A stretch of DNA of 54,964 nucleotides from a virus, in IMG/VR virus record IMGVR_UViG_3300045988_176929, one strand, 5' to 3'. This document shows, piece by piece, positions 1 through 7,262 of this stretch; position 1 is the first letter of the stretch, and every line of letters starts with the position of its first letter. Position numbers and translations under genes: made by a program. The notes beneath the pieces were generated by a model. That model did not search any database, was not told the origin of the DNA, and saw nothing but the letters and a program-made list of their open reading frames with translations.

Positions 1-119
1 ATAAACTTGCTCGTAAACAAATAATTAATAATAAGTAGAGGAAAGGTGTGAGGGATAATGAGCATATATGGCGAAAGCTTATTAACAAAAACATTTACAG
101 ATCATGTTTCAAAAAAAGC
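1..119. repeat. Terminal direct repeat, identical to 54846..54964 (circular assembly overlap)
   Basis: First 119 nt read identically to the last 119 nt. The repeat spans the RNase H stop codon (36-38) and the start of the next ORF, so it is not a biological terminus. Confidence 0.95.
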
Positions 120-441
120 ATATCTAAAAGCTTGTAAATGGTTAGCACAAAATGTGTTTAGTAAACCAGATTTGGCAAAATATATAACAGTTAAAATTGA
201 AAAAGTTGAAAATAAAAAACAAGAATCTGGATTTAGGATTTCCTTGTTTGTAGTGATTGATGAAAATGAAGTAAGAGAAAGTTATTGTAAAAAATGTAAA
301 AACTTACATACAATTCTTTACTCTGTTGATAAACCTAAATGTGATGAGTGTAAGTTAAATGCTTATAAGAAAAATATATTAGGTCAGATTGATGGTTTAT
401 TCGATTTTGTAAAGGAGGTAGTTGATGATGAAGAATATTAA
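58..441 (+). CDS. Hypothetical protein with zinc-ribbon-like Cys pairs
   Basis: 127-aa ORF with a purine-rich RBS upstream; CKKCK...CDECK motif. Confidence 0.6.
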   Translation: MSIYGESLLTKTFTDHVSKKAYLKACKWLAQNVFSKPDLAKYITVKIEKVENKKQESGFRISLFVVIDENEVRESYCKKCKNLHTILYSVDKPKCDECKLNAYKKNILGQIDGLFDFVKEVVDDEEY

Positions 442-802
442 GTTGTTCTTTGAAGTTTTGTTGAAAACATTAAAAGGATGCATACTTTCCATTGTGAAAA
501 GAATTGAACTTGTATGGAAATTATTTTTAATTGTTGTTCCTATAACTTTTGTTTATACTTATTATCAAGATTTTTGCTTATGCTTTGCAATATTTTTACT
601 TGATGTTGTTATTTTAACTTTAGATAAGGTAACAACAGGAATGAAGCAAACTGTAAATGGGTTTCCTATTTGTAAGAAAAGATTTACTCATAAATCAGAA
701 ACAAATAGTAAAGTAATATACATTAAAAATGAAGATATGTTACAAGCTCTTATGTATCTTTATGAGGTGGAGAATTATGCTGAAAGGAATGGTTTAAAAT
801 AA
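425..802 (+). CDS. Hypothetical membrane protein
   Basis: ATG 6 nt after AGGAGG (413-418); hydrophobic segments in the translation. Confidence 0.6.
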   Translation: MMKNIKLFFEVLLKTLKGCILSIVKRIELVWKLFLIVVPITFVYTYYQDFCLCFAIFLLDVVILTLDKVTTGMKQTVNGFPICKKRFTHKSETNSKVIYIKNEDMLQALMYLYEVENYAERNGLK

Positions 803-927
803 TGAAAGATATAAGGGATAAAGTTATAAAAGTATTATCTTGGGCTTTAATGTTATTAGGATTTATTATGCTTGCTGATTTAATGGTGTTTATCTTTTAT
901 GGTTCTTATTTATTATTTAATCATTAA
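802..927 (+). CDS. Small hydrophobic protein (41 aa)
   Basis: TAATG stop/start overlap with the upstream gene; one long hydrophobic span; below the ORF-track cutoff. Confidence 0.35.
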   Translation: MKDIRDKVIKVLSWALMLLGFIMLADLMVFIFYGSYLLFNH

Positions 928-939
928 TAGGAGTTTAAA

Positions 940-1578
940 ATGAAAAATAAAGATAGTTATTCATCACATAAGGAAGATTGGATATGGATTTCAATATTTA
1001 CAATTCTTACATTACTGTTAATATTTGTTATTTCTATTACTGTTAGAGAAGTTATAATAACAATTAAAACAGTTAGTGAAGTAAAAGAGGTAAAAATTGA
1101 ATGGATTAAAATGCCAGAAGTGGAACAAGAAAATGTTGAAGAAATTATAAAATATGATATTGTAGAAAAAGAGAAGCATTTGTGTGAAGCAAAATCCTCG
1201 AACTACAACTGTATCGGAAATCCTCGTACTACATTTTCAGATCAGGAAATCCTCGAACTACAACAAATAGCATTGGCAGAAGCGGAAGTGCAAGGAATAG
1301 GGGGCATGGCATTTGTAATGCAGGTGGTCCTTAATCGTGTCAATGATGAACGCTTTCCTGATACTATACATGATGTAATTAATCAACCAGGACAATTTTC
1401 TACTGTTAATGTGTATAAATCACTGGTCCCAACAGATAACAGTGAAAAGGCTATTGATTTATTAGAAGTATTAAATAATCAAGGAGCATTATACTTTGAA
1501 GTTAATACAAATGAATCCTGGCAGAGTACACACTTAACATACCTATTCTCATGTGATAATCATAATTTTTATATGTAG
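940..1578 (+). CDS. Membrane-anchored SleB/CwlJ-like cell wall hydrolase (Hydrolase_2 family)
   Basis: N-terminal TM helix; LAEAE...VVLNRVNDERFPDTIHDVINQPGQFS matches the SleB catalytic-domain signature. Confidence 0.8.
   Translation: MKNKDSYSSHKEDWIWISIFTILTLLLIFVISITVREVIITIKTVSEVKEVKIEWIKMPEVEQENVEEIIKYDIVEKEKHLCEAKSSNYNCIGNPRTTFSDQEILELQQIALAEAEVQGIGGMAFVMQVVLNRVNDERFPDTIHDVINQPGQFSTVNVYKSLVPTDNSEKAIDLLEVLNNQGALYFEVNTNESWQSTHLTYLFSCDNHNFYM
1189..1267 (+). repeat. Three direct copies of AAATCCTCG(A/T)ACTACA spaced about 27 nt apart inside the SleB-like ORF
   Basis: Copies begin near 1192, 1219 and 1247. They are translated in three different frames (KSSNYN, GNPRTT, EILELQ). Confidence 0.85.
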
Positions 1579-1582
1579 GAAT

Positions 1583-1612
1583 ACGCACACGTTTTTACGT
1601 GTGCGTTTTTTT
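1583..1612 (+). terminator. Rho-independent terminator
   Basis: 10-bp stem ACGCACACGT/ACGTGTGCGT, TTTT loop, then a T7 run. Confidence 0.85.
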
Positions 1613-1689
1613 ATATGTCATTAACGTTGTATTCGCTTCATATTCGCATTTTGTATCAATCAATGCATATTTTATATACCCGACATTTT

Positions 1690-1706
1690 GACCGCCTATA
1701 TGGCCC
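1690..1706 (+). promoter_or_regulatory. Copy of the intergenic motif family CCG(Y)CTRTATGRB (GACCGCCTATATGGCCC)
   Basis: Resembles motifs at 7873, 14142, 32393 and 48932. Confidence 0.4.
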
Positions 1707-1790
1707 TGATAGATGCCTTATTTAATATCTTTATATATATGTAATAAATACAAAAAGCAGATTTTTTTTGAAAAATATTTAAAAAAACTA

Positions 1791-1818
1791 TTGACTTTCT
1801 GCTTAAAGGTGGTATAAT
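1791..1818 (+). promoter_or_regulatory. Sigma-A-like promoter
   Basis: TTGACT, 16-nt spacer, TGgTATAAT extended -10. Confidence 0.6.
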
Positions 1819-1864
1819 TAAAGCATAAACAAACAAAACAAACAAAAATCTTTTTAGAAAGGAA

Positions 1865-2179
1865 ATGATGATTATGAAAAAGAATGAAATTATTAAATTT
1901 GGAAAAGAAGAATTTACATTATGTAAATATTTTAATCCCTATGTAAGGTGTATGGATTTATATGATGCATATATGAAGCCATCACAAATAAAGAAAAATA
2001 TTTGGGAATATTGGAGAAATTGGTTCCATGAAAATAAAGAAGGTTTTAATGATTTTATCGCAATTGGTTCATACAACTTCTGCCAATTCCAAGTTGTTGG
2101 AAGAATAACTGTTAAAGGAATTAAATATAACTTTTACATTAAGAAAAGTGGAAATGAAATTTGTTTAGTAAATGAATAA
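1865..2179 (+). CDS. Hypothetical protein
   Basis: 104-aa ORF downstream of a promoter, with AAAGGAAA RBS. Confidence 0.6.
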   Translation: MMIMKKNEIIKFGKEEFTLCKYFNPYVRCMDLYDAYMKPSQIKKNIWEYWRNWFHENKEGFNDFIAIGSYNFCQFQVVGRITVKGIKYNFYIKKSGNEICLVNE

Positions 2180-2204
2180 ATTTTAAAAAAACTAAATAAA
2201 ACTA

Positions 2205-2233
2205 TTGACAAACTAATTTAAACGTGGTACAAT
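2205..2233 (+). promoter_or_regulatory. Sigma-A-like promoter
   Basis: TTGACA, 17-nt spacer, TGgTACAAT. Confidence 0.65.
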
Positions 2234-2278
2234 AAAATCAACAAATAAAACAAAACCTAAATTAAGGAGGAAAATGTT

Positions 2279-2827
2279 ATGACTAACAAAACAGAATTAG
2301 TAAAGGTATTAAAGGAAAATGGGGCAACATGGAATAAGGAAGAAAAATCCTATCACATGAACGAATTATCTTTTAACAAAGTGATGGAAAACATTGAAGG
2401 AGTTGTTGCAATTAAATCAAAAACCGATAAAAATATGTACGGTTTAAAAATCAACAACATGGTTGTTACAAAGGTCATTACAGATGTTGTAGAAGTAAAT
2501 GAAACAACAGAACAAAAATCAACTGTTAAAAAGGAAGTTGAAGAAACAAAAAAACCTGTTAAAAAAGTTTCACGTGAAACATCGGAAACAAAAAAAGTTA
2601 AAAAGGAAAACGTTGAAGTTGGTAAGAATGGCCATAAGGCCAAAGGCTCCTCATACATTATTCTGTTAAAAAATAAGGATGATAAAAAGGAAACAAAGAA
2701 AACAGACTTGACAACGTGTGCAGAGGTAAAAGCATTTTTGAAAACAGTTTCAAAGAAACAACTTGAATATTTACGGATATATGATGAAAATAAAAATGAG
2801 GTTCGTAAAAGTGCATGGGTAGGTTGA
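2279..2827 (+). CDS. Lys/Glu-rich hypothetical protein
   Basis: 182-aa ORF with AAGGAGG RBS; carries one copy of the 14-bp palindrome. Confidence 0.65.
   Translation: MTNKTELVKVLKENGATWNKEEKSYHMNELSFNKVMENIEGVVAIKSKTDKNMYGLKINNMVVTKVITDVVEVNETTEQKSTVKKEVEETKKPVKKVSRETSETKKVKKENVEVGKNGHKAKGSSYIILLKNKDDKKETKKTDLTTCAEVKAFLKTVSKKQLEYLRIYDENKNEVRKSAWVG
2567..2580. promoter_or_regulatory. 14-bp perfect palindrome GTTTCACGTGAAAC, copy 1
   Basis: Exact self-complementary 14-mer. Confidence 0.9.
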
Positions 2828-2867
2828 TCCTACCCAGCACATAAAAATACCATTGGAGGTAAATGTT

Positions 2868-3077
2868 ATGAGTAAACAGAAATTAAGGGACTTTATTTCC
2901 GATTATAAACCACTCGTTCTAATATGTGTAAATGCTGATAATGCAGAGGAGAACGAAATAAAAGTAGAGCCACATATTTCAGAAATGCAGAAAAAGTATT
3001 TGGAATGTACAGAGTGGGATGCACAGCCATTTGGTTATGGTAAGTTATATGTTGAATGTTATTTTAGGGGGTTATAA
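2868..3077 (+). CDS. Hypothetical protein
   Basis: ATG after GGAGGT RBS; 69 aa. Confidence 0.55.
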   Translation: MSKQKLRDFISDYKPLVLICVNADNAEENEIKVEPHISEMQKKYLECTEWDAQPFGYGKLYVECYFRGL

Positions 3078-3078
3078 T

Positions 3079-3237
3079 ATGGGATGGGAATATATTTATA
3101 TTTTTAATTACTTTATTTTTATCAATAATTTTAACAATTTTGGTAGTTATGTGTACATAGTAAAAAAACTCGTACTTCTAACACTTAAAAATCCTCGTAC
3201 TTCTAACATTATGGAATTTTTGTGTGAAAAAATATAA
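3079..3237 (+). CDS. Doubtful small ORF overlapping repeat copies
   Basis: ATG after GGGGGT; contains two AAA(A/T)(C)CTCGTACTTCTAAC repeats, so it may be non-coding. Confidence 0.25.
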   Translation: MGWEYIYIFNYFIFINNFNNFGSYVYIVKKLVLLTLKNPRTSNIMEFLCEKI

Positions 3238-3280
3238 AACCCAACTTTTGACTATTATAAAATCCTCGTTATACAATTTA
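3163..3280 (+). repeat. Three more copies of the AAA(T)CCTCG(T)ACTTCTAAC-type motif
   Basis: AAAAACTCGTACTTCTAAC (3166), AAAATCCTCGTACTTCTAAC (3188), AAAATCCTCGTTATACAAT (3259). Confidence 0.8.
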
Positions 3281-3338
3281 CAATTATTGTAAAATTGTTA
3301 AATTGAGAAATTTGCATGAAATTAATAAAAAGCAAAAT

Positions 3339-3352
3339 GTTTCACGTGAAAC
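3339..3352. promoter_or_regulatory. 14-bp palindrome GTTTCACGTGAAAC, copy 2 (18-bp ATGTTTCACGTGAAACAT)
   Basis: Exact. Confidence 0.9.
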
Positions 3353-3715
3353 ATAAAATAGGGAAAGTTTTAATTATAACAGAATTATTAATTTCATTAT
3401 TTAAACATAAATGTTATTAAACAAAAATATAGTTTATAATTTTTGTGTTTAATAATTATAATAAATATATAATATTATATAAATAATAATATGTGTAATA
3501 TATAAGGAATGTATGTGTATATAATATATGTGTTTTTTATGTGTGTTTATATATTATTTATTGTGATTATTAAATGCAAAAATTTTTAAAATTTAAAATA
3601 ACAACAATTATGAAATGAAAAAATTAAATAACATATGAAATAAATAATATTTGTTATTTTTATTACAAAATTAAATTTCAACAATTATTTAATTATTTTT
3701 TATGCATTTTTAACA

Positions 3716-3743
3716 TTGTGTTTTTTAAAATATTTGATATAAT
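3716..3743 (+). promoter_or_regulatory. Candidate sigma-A promoter for the island genes
   Basis: TTGTGT, 16-nt spacer, TGaTATAAT. Confidence 0.45.
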
Positions 3744-3807
3744 TGCATCGTAACAATAAATCATATGAATGTTTCGCAAATACATTTAAAAAAATTGCAT
3801 AAATGTT

Positions 3808-4431
3808 ATGTATTCATTTGAAAAACGATATTATAATGATGAAAAATTACGTTTAATTGATGCATCGCAATTGAATAATGAAAATGACGAATATATTGTA
3901 TTATTTCAACGTGACGCATTACAAAATTTTATTGATTGTTATTGCAAATTTTATTTTACAATGAATGATGCATATGATGATTATATTAAATCATTTAAAA
4001 TAATGTGTAATGTGTTTGACAAACAAATTGTTATTAATGAATTTGAAAAAATATTTTCAAAATATGACGAAGATGTAAAAATAATTAATTGCATGTATTT
4101 TGATTATTTGAATACGGGTGATTATGCATTGTTTTTTGTTGTATATGAAAAACAAATGATTAATGAAATTAATACATTTGTTGATATTTATGAAATTGAT
4201 TATGATTTTTATGATTATGAAGAAGGTGATGAATTTCATTTTAAAATTAATGATTATGCATCATATTTGTTTTTCAATAAATATAATGCAATGCAATTTT
4301 TATTTGATTATAATAATGATTATGAAAAAATTGAAATTAAATCATCATATTATCACAATTTGTCAAAATATATAAATAATCATAATAAATATGTTTCAAA
4401 ATTTGAAAATGTTTCACGTGAAACATATTAA
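3808..4431 (+). CDS. Island paralog 1: acidic N/D/Y/F/I/K-rich protein with no Pro or Trp
   Basis: A 207-aa ORF in about 15% GC DNA is highly non-random; shares two blocks with paralog 2; no SD. Confidence 0.75.
   Translation: MYSFEKRYYNDEKLRLIDASQLNNENDEYIVLFQRDALQNFIDCYCKFYFTMNDAYDDYIKSFKIMCNVFDKQIVINEFEKIFSKYDEDVKIINCMYFDYLNTGDYALFFVVYEKQMINEINTFVDIYEIDYDFYDYEEGDEFHFKINDYASYLFFNKYNAMQFLFDYNNDYEKIEIKSSYYHNLSKYINNHNKYVSKFENVSRETY
4261..4319 (+). repeat. 59-bp perfect direct repeat, copy A
   Basis: Identical to 4992..5050; encodes SYLFFNKYNAMQFLFDYNN. Confidence 0.9.
4411..4424. promoter_or_regulatory. 14-bp palindrome, copy 3
   Basis: Exact; overlaps the last codons of paralog 1. Confidence 0.9.
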
Positions 4432-4493
4432 TAACAAAATTAACAATGATTGTAACGTGAATGCAAACGTTTAATAAAAATGCATAAAATAAT

Positions 4494-5078
4494 ATGTATC
4501 ATTTTATTGATGAAAATAATTGTTATGATAAAATTAAAATTGTTGACGAAAACGAAAAAATTGATGAAATGTTTTGTAACAAAACGAATGAACAAATTGT
4601 AATTTTTAATTTTGATGCATTACAACAATTTATTGATTGTTTTTATGAAAACGAATTTCAAAAATTTTTTGATTGTGATAAAAATGATTTCATTATTGAA
4701 TTTAATGATTTTAATTTTAAATTTTGTAAAAAAATGAAAAATTATGATAAAAAACGAATCGAAAAAAAATTTTACAAAATAAAATCAATATATGATGATT
4801 GTAACGTGATTAAATGTGTATTTTTTAACAATTGTTGTCATATATCATCATATTTACATTTGCATATAATTTATTGTAAAAATGATGATAAAAATATTTT
4901 TATTGATGATTATATAATAATGTATAACGTCGATAAATTTAAAATTAAACATGATGCAAAACGAACATTCAATTCACAAAATGATGCATTATCATATTTG
5001 TTTTTCAATAAATATAATGCAATGCAATTTTTATTTGATTATAATAATGAAATTGATAAAAAACAAATTTTATATTGA
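4494..5078 (+). CDS. Island paralog 2 (no Gly, Pro or Trp)
   Basis: 194-aa ORF; DALQQFIDCFY and SYLFFNKYNAMQFLFDYNN blocks shared with paralog 1. Confidence 0.75.
   Translation: MYHFIDENNCYDKIKIVDENEKIDEMFCNKTNEQIVIFNFDALQQFIDCFYENEFQKFFDCDKNDFIIEFNDFNFKFCKKMKNYDKKRIEKKFYKIKSIYDDCNVIKCVFFNNCCHISSYLHLHIIYCKNDDKNIFIDDYIIMYNVDKFKIKHDAKRTFNSQNDALSYLFFNKYNAMQFLFDYNNEIDKKQILY
4992..5050 (+). repeat. 59-bp perfect direct repeat, copy B
   Basis: Identical to 4261..4319. Confidence 0.9.
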
Positions 5079-5163
5079 TGATTTTGATTTTTCGATTGAT
5101 TATGACACATATAAAACAATTTTCGCATGATTCACAATTCATGTAAAACAATTGTAAAATGTT

Positions 5164-5496
5164 ATGTTTGAAATGAATAATAAAAATGTAATTGTAACAC
5201 GTTATAATGATGAAATGAAACAATATTTTAAAAACATTGTTGATGATATTTATTGTGATGATGTATCATATAATACAATGTGCAACGAAAATATTGATGC
5301 ATTTTTTAAAAATAATGCATATATGCATTATGAATATACATTAATTAAAAATGATGATATTTTACATATTATTGTTTTTAATAACAATGAATTTAAAATT
5401 GTTTCATATAAAATAAATGATGATTTTGAATTTATACGTTTTAATGTTTCATATGTTTATAATGTATATGATTTATTTTCAATAATTTTTAATTAA
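5164..5496 (+). CDS. Island paralog 3 (no Gly, Pro or Trp)
   Basis: 110-aa ORF preceded by TTGTAAAATGTT directly abutting the ATG. Confidence 0.65.
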   Translation: MFEMNNKNVIVTRYNDEMKQYFKNIVDDIYCDDVSYNTMCNENIDAFFKNNAYMHYEYTLIKNDDILHIIVFNNNEFKIVSYKINDDFEFIRFNVSYVYNVYDLFSIIFN

Positions 5497-5499
5497 TAT

Positions 5500-5513
5500 G
5501 TTTCACGTGAAAC
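5500..5513. promoter_or_regulatory. 14-bp palindrome, copy 4
   Basis: Exact; 4 nt after the stop of paralog 3. Confidence 0.9.
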
Positions 5514-5568
5514 AATGTAACAAATAATAATGTTGTGTGTTCGCAAATCACAAAAATTGCAAAATATT

Positions 5569-5986
5569 ATGAAAATTAATTATGTTGTAAAAAAATTTGA
5601 ATGTATCGAAATTTACAAAAATATTGATGATTTTTTTTAAAATGCAATTTGAATGTTTATTTGATGATATTAATTGTATTTTTAATTTATCATATGATAT
5701 TAAACAAATAAAATTATCATATTGTAAAATGAAATGCGAATTGAAAAAAAATAATATTAAAAATTATGTTATTATTTGTGATTTTGAACATGAAAAATTT
5801 TATTTGATTGACAAACAAAATGACAATTTTATAACAAATAATATAACAAATAAAATGTATCAATTTAATTTTGATTTTGAAAATGTCGAAAATAATAAAT
5901 TATATGAAATTGACGATACATCAAAATTAAATATTGCAATGTATTATTTATATGAAATTTGTCATTGTAATGATGAACAAATATAA
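5569..5986 (+). CDS. Island paralog 4, interrupted by a +1 frame change in a T8 run (5631-5638)
   Basis: The ATG at 5569 has the family start motif TTGCAAAATATT but stops at 5638-5640. The long ORF (5597..5986) lies in the next frame. One T fewer would fuse them. Confidence 0.5.
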
Positions 5987-6051
5987 TTTTTAAAAATGTA
6001 AACAAAATATTAATTGTCAACAATTGCACGTTGTAAAATTGCATAAATATC

Positions 6052-6414
6052 ATGTTGAATAAAAAAATTATTGAAAAATTCAAAAATTTTGAAAATGATG
6101 TGAACGATTATGATTTATTTGAATTTTACACATTTGATGAATTTTTGAAAATATTTGAAAATGTTAATGATGAATATAAAATTTCATATTATGAAAAAAC
6201 ACAAAAATTGATAAATGAATATCATTGTAATAATGACAATACAATCGTATTATTGTATAATTGCGATGATGACGAATATTTAATAATCAATTTTGAAAAT
6301 GATAATTTGATTATTACGCAAAATATTGAAATTGAATATACAAATGATGATTTATGCAAAAATGCATTATATGAAATTTTACAATATATGTTTACAAATG
6401 AATATTATGATTGA
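6052..6414 (+). CDS. Island paralog 5 (no Gly, Pro or Trp)
   Basis: 120-aa ORF preceded by TTGCATAAATATC directly before the ATG. Confidence 0.65.
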   Translation: MLNKKIIEKFKNFENDVNDYDLFEFYTFDEFLKIFENVNDEYKISYYEKTQKLINEYHCNNDNTIVLLYNCDDDEYLIINFENDNLIITQNIEIEYTNDDLCKNALYEILQYMFTNEYYD

Positions 6415-6524
6415 TTGTTAACGAAAACAATTAAAAAAATTCGTATTACAAAATGATATTTTCAATATTTGTGTTTTTTGCATTTTACATTATTTTGTTT
6501 TATTTATTTGATTAATTAAATGAA

Positions 6525-6654
6525 TGTGATTTTTACACAAAAATTCGATTTACGAAAAAATCGTAATAAAACAAAATTCATTATACGTGTAAAAAATTCG
6601 ATATACACAATAAATATAAAATCGTCGTTTTACAAATTATGTGTAAAAATCACA
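6525..6654. repeat. 15-bp inverted repeat pair TGTGATTTTTACACA / TGTGTAAAAATCACA
   Basis: 6525-6539 and 6640-6654 are exact reverse complements. Confidence 0.85.
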
Positions 6655-6734
6655 TTTCATCGTAATACACATTATGTAAAAAATAACGTATAATTAAAAA
6701 TGCGAAATATTAAAAAATACGTGTAAAATAAAAA

Positions 6735-6797
6735 TTTACATACAATGTAAAAAATTAATGTGTAAAAAATTACATTAAAAAATACATTGTATGTAAA
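6735..6797. repeat. Nested hairpin: 15-bp inverted repeat TTTACATACAATGTA / TACATTGTATGTAAA with an inner TTAATGT/ACATTAA pair
   Basis: 6735-6749 and 6783-6797 are exact reverse complements. Confidence 0.85.
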
Positions 6798-7033
6798 ATA
6801 ATGTGTATAATAAATCATATGATAATTAATTAAATATATGTAATGATAATTACAATGTACATATTAATTGATATGATAAAACAATTATGAATACAAAACA
6901 TAATGAATTATTTATAACAACATTTGAATGTAATAATTATAATTACAAAACAACATTATAAATTATTGATTACAAATTACATTGTCAACGTCATTAAAAT
7001 AATTATTTTTATATTCGTATATATGCGTAAATT

Positions 7034-7047
7034 GTTTCACGTGAAAC
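7034..7047. promoter_or_regulatory. 14-bp palindrome, copy 5, flanked by direct repeats TATTCGTATATATGC
   Basis: Exact. Confidence 0.9.
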
Positions 7048-7167
7048 ATTGCAAAATAATTTATTCGTATATATGCATATAATAACAATTGTTTTTAAAA
7101 TCATGTGTTATTATCATGCAATTAAATAACAACATATATCATTGTTTATTTTTGTGCAATTTTTATA

Positions 7168-7195
7168 TTGCAATTATTTGTGTATGCGTTATAAT
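7168..7195 (+). promoter_or_regulatory. Candidate sigma-A promoter for paralog 6
   Basis: TTGCAA, 16-nt spacer, TATAAT. Confidence 0.45.
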
Positions 7196-7262
7196 GTAAT
7201 TACAAAATAAATAATGATTGTGTGATTCGACACAACACACGTTAATCAAATGTCAAAATGTT

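Noticed and set aside
1-119. Terminal repeat as attL/attR or as biological direct terminal repeats.
   Set aside because: The repeat cuts through the rnhA coding sequence and no integrase is present. An exact 119-nt overlap is characteristic of assembler k-mer closure of a circular contig.
3316-3423. 35-aa ORF (MKLIKSKMFHVKHK...) spanning palindrome copy 2.
   Set aside because: It is short, has neither an RBS nor the family start motif, and lies upstream of the predicted island promoter.
3795-3810. Reading the start-abutting TTGCATAAAT motif as a -10 box for leaderless mRNAs.
   Set aside because: The best -10-like hexamer (ATAAAT/TAAAAT) ends only about 3 nt before the ATG. That is too close for transcription to start at the A of ATG, and no consistent -35 spacing exists among the six copies.
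4057-6083. Minus-strand ORFs in the AT island (4057..4239, 5005..5223, 5865..6083).
   Set aside because: They are short and overlap the paralog family on the + strand. They lack the start-adjacent motif shared by the + strand genes, and no promoter is oriented that way.
2567-7047. The possibility that the repeated palindromes form a CRISPR array.
   Set aside because: Spacing is 770-1530 nt and irregular. The intervening sequence is protein-coding and no cas genes are present.
2567-7047. The palindromes as intrinsic terminators.
   Set aside because: A 14-nt perfect palindrome leaves at most a 5-bp stem with a 4-nt loop, and none is followed by a T tract. Genuine terminators in this genome (1583, 7585, 48863) look quite different.
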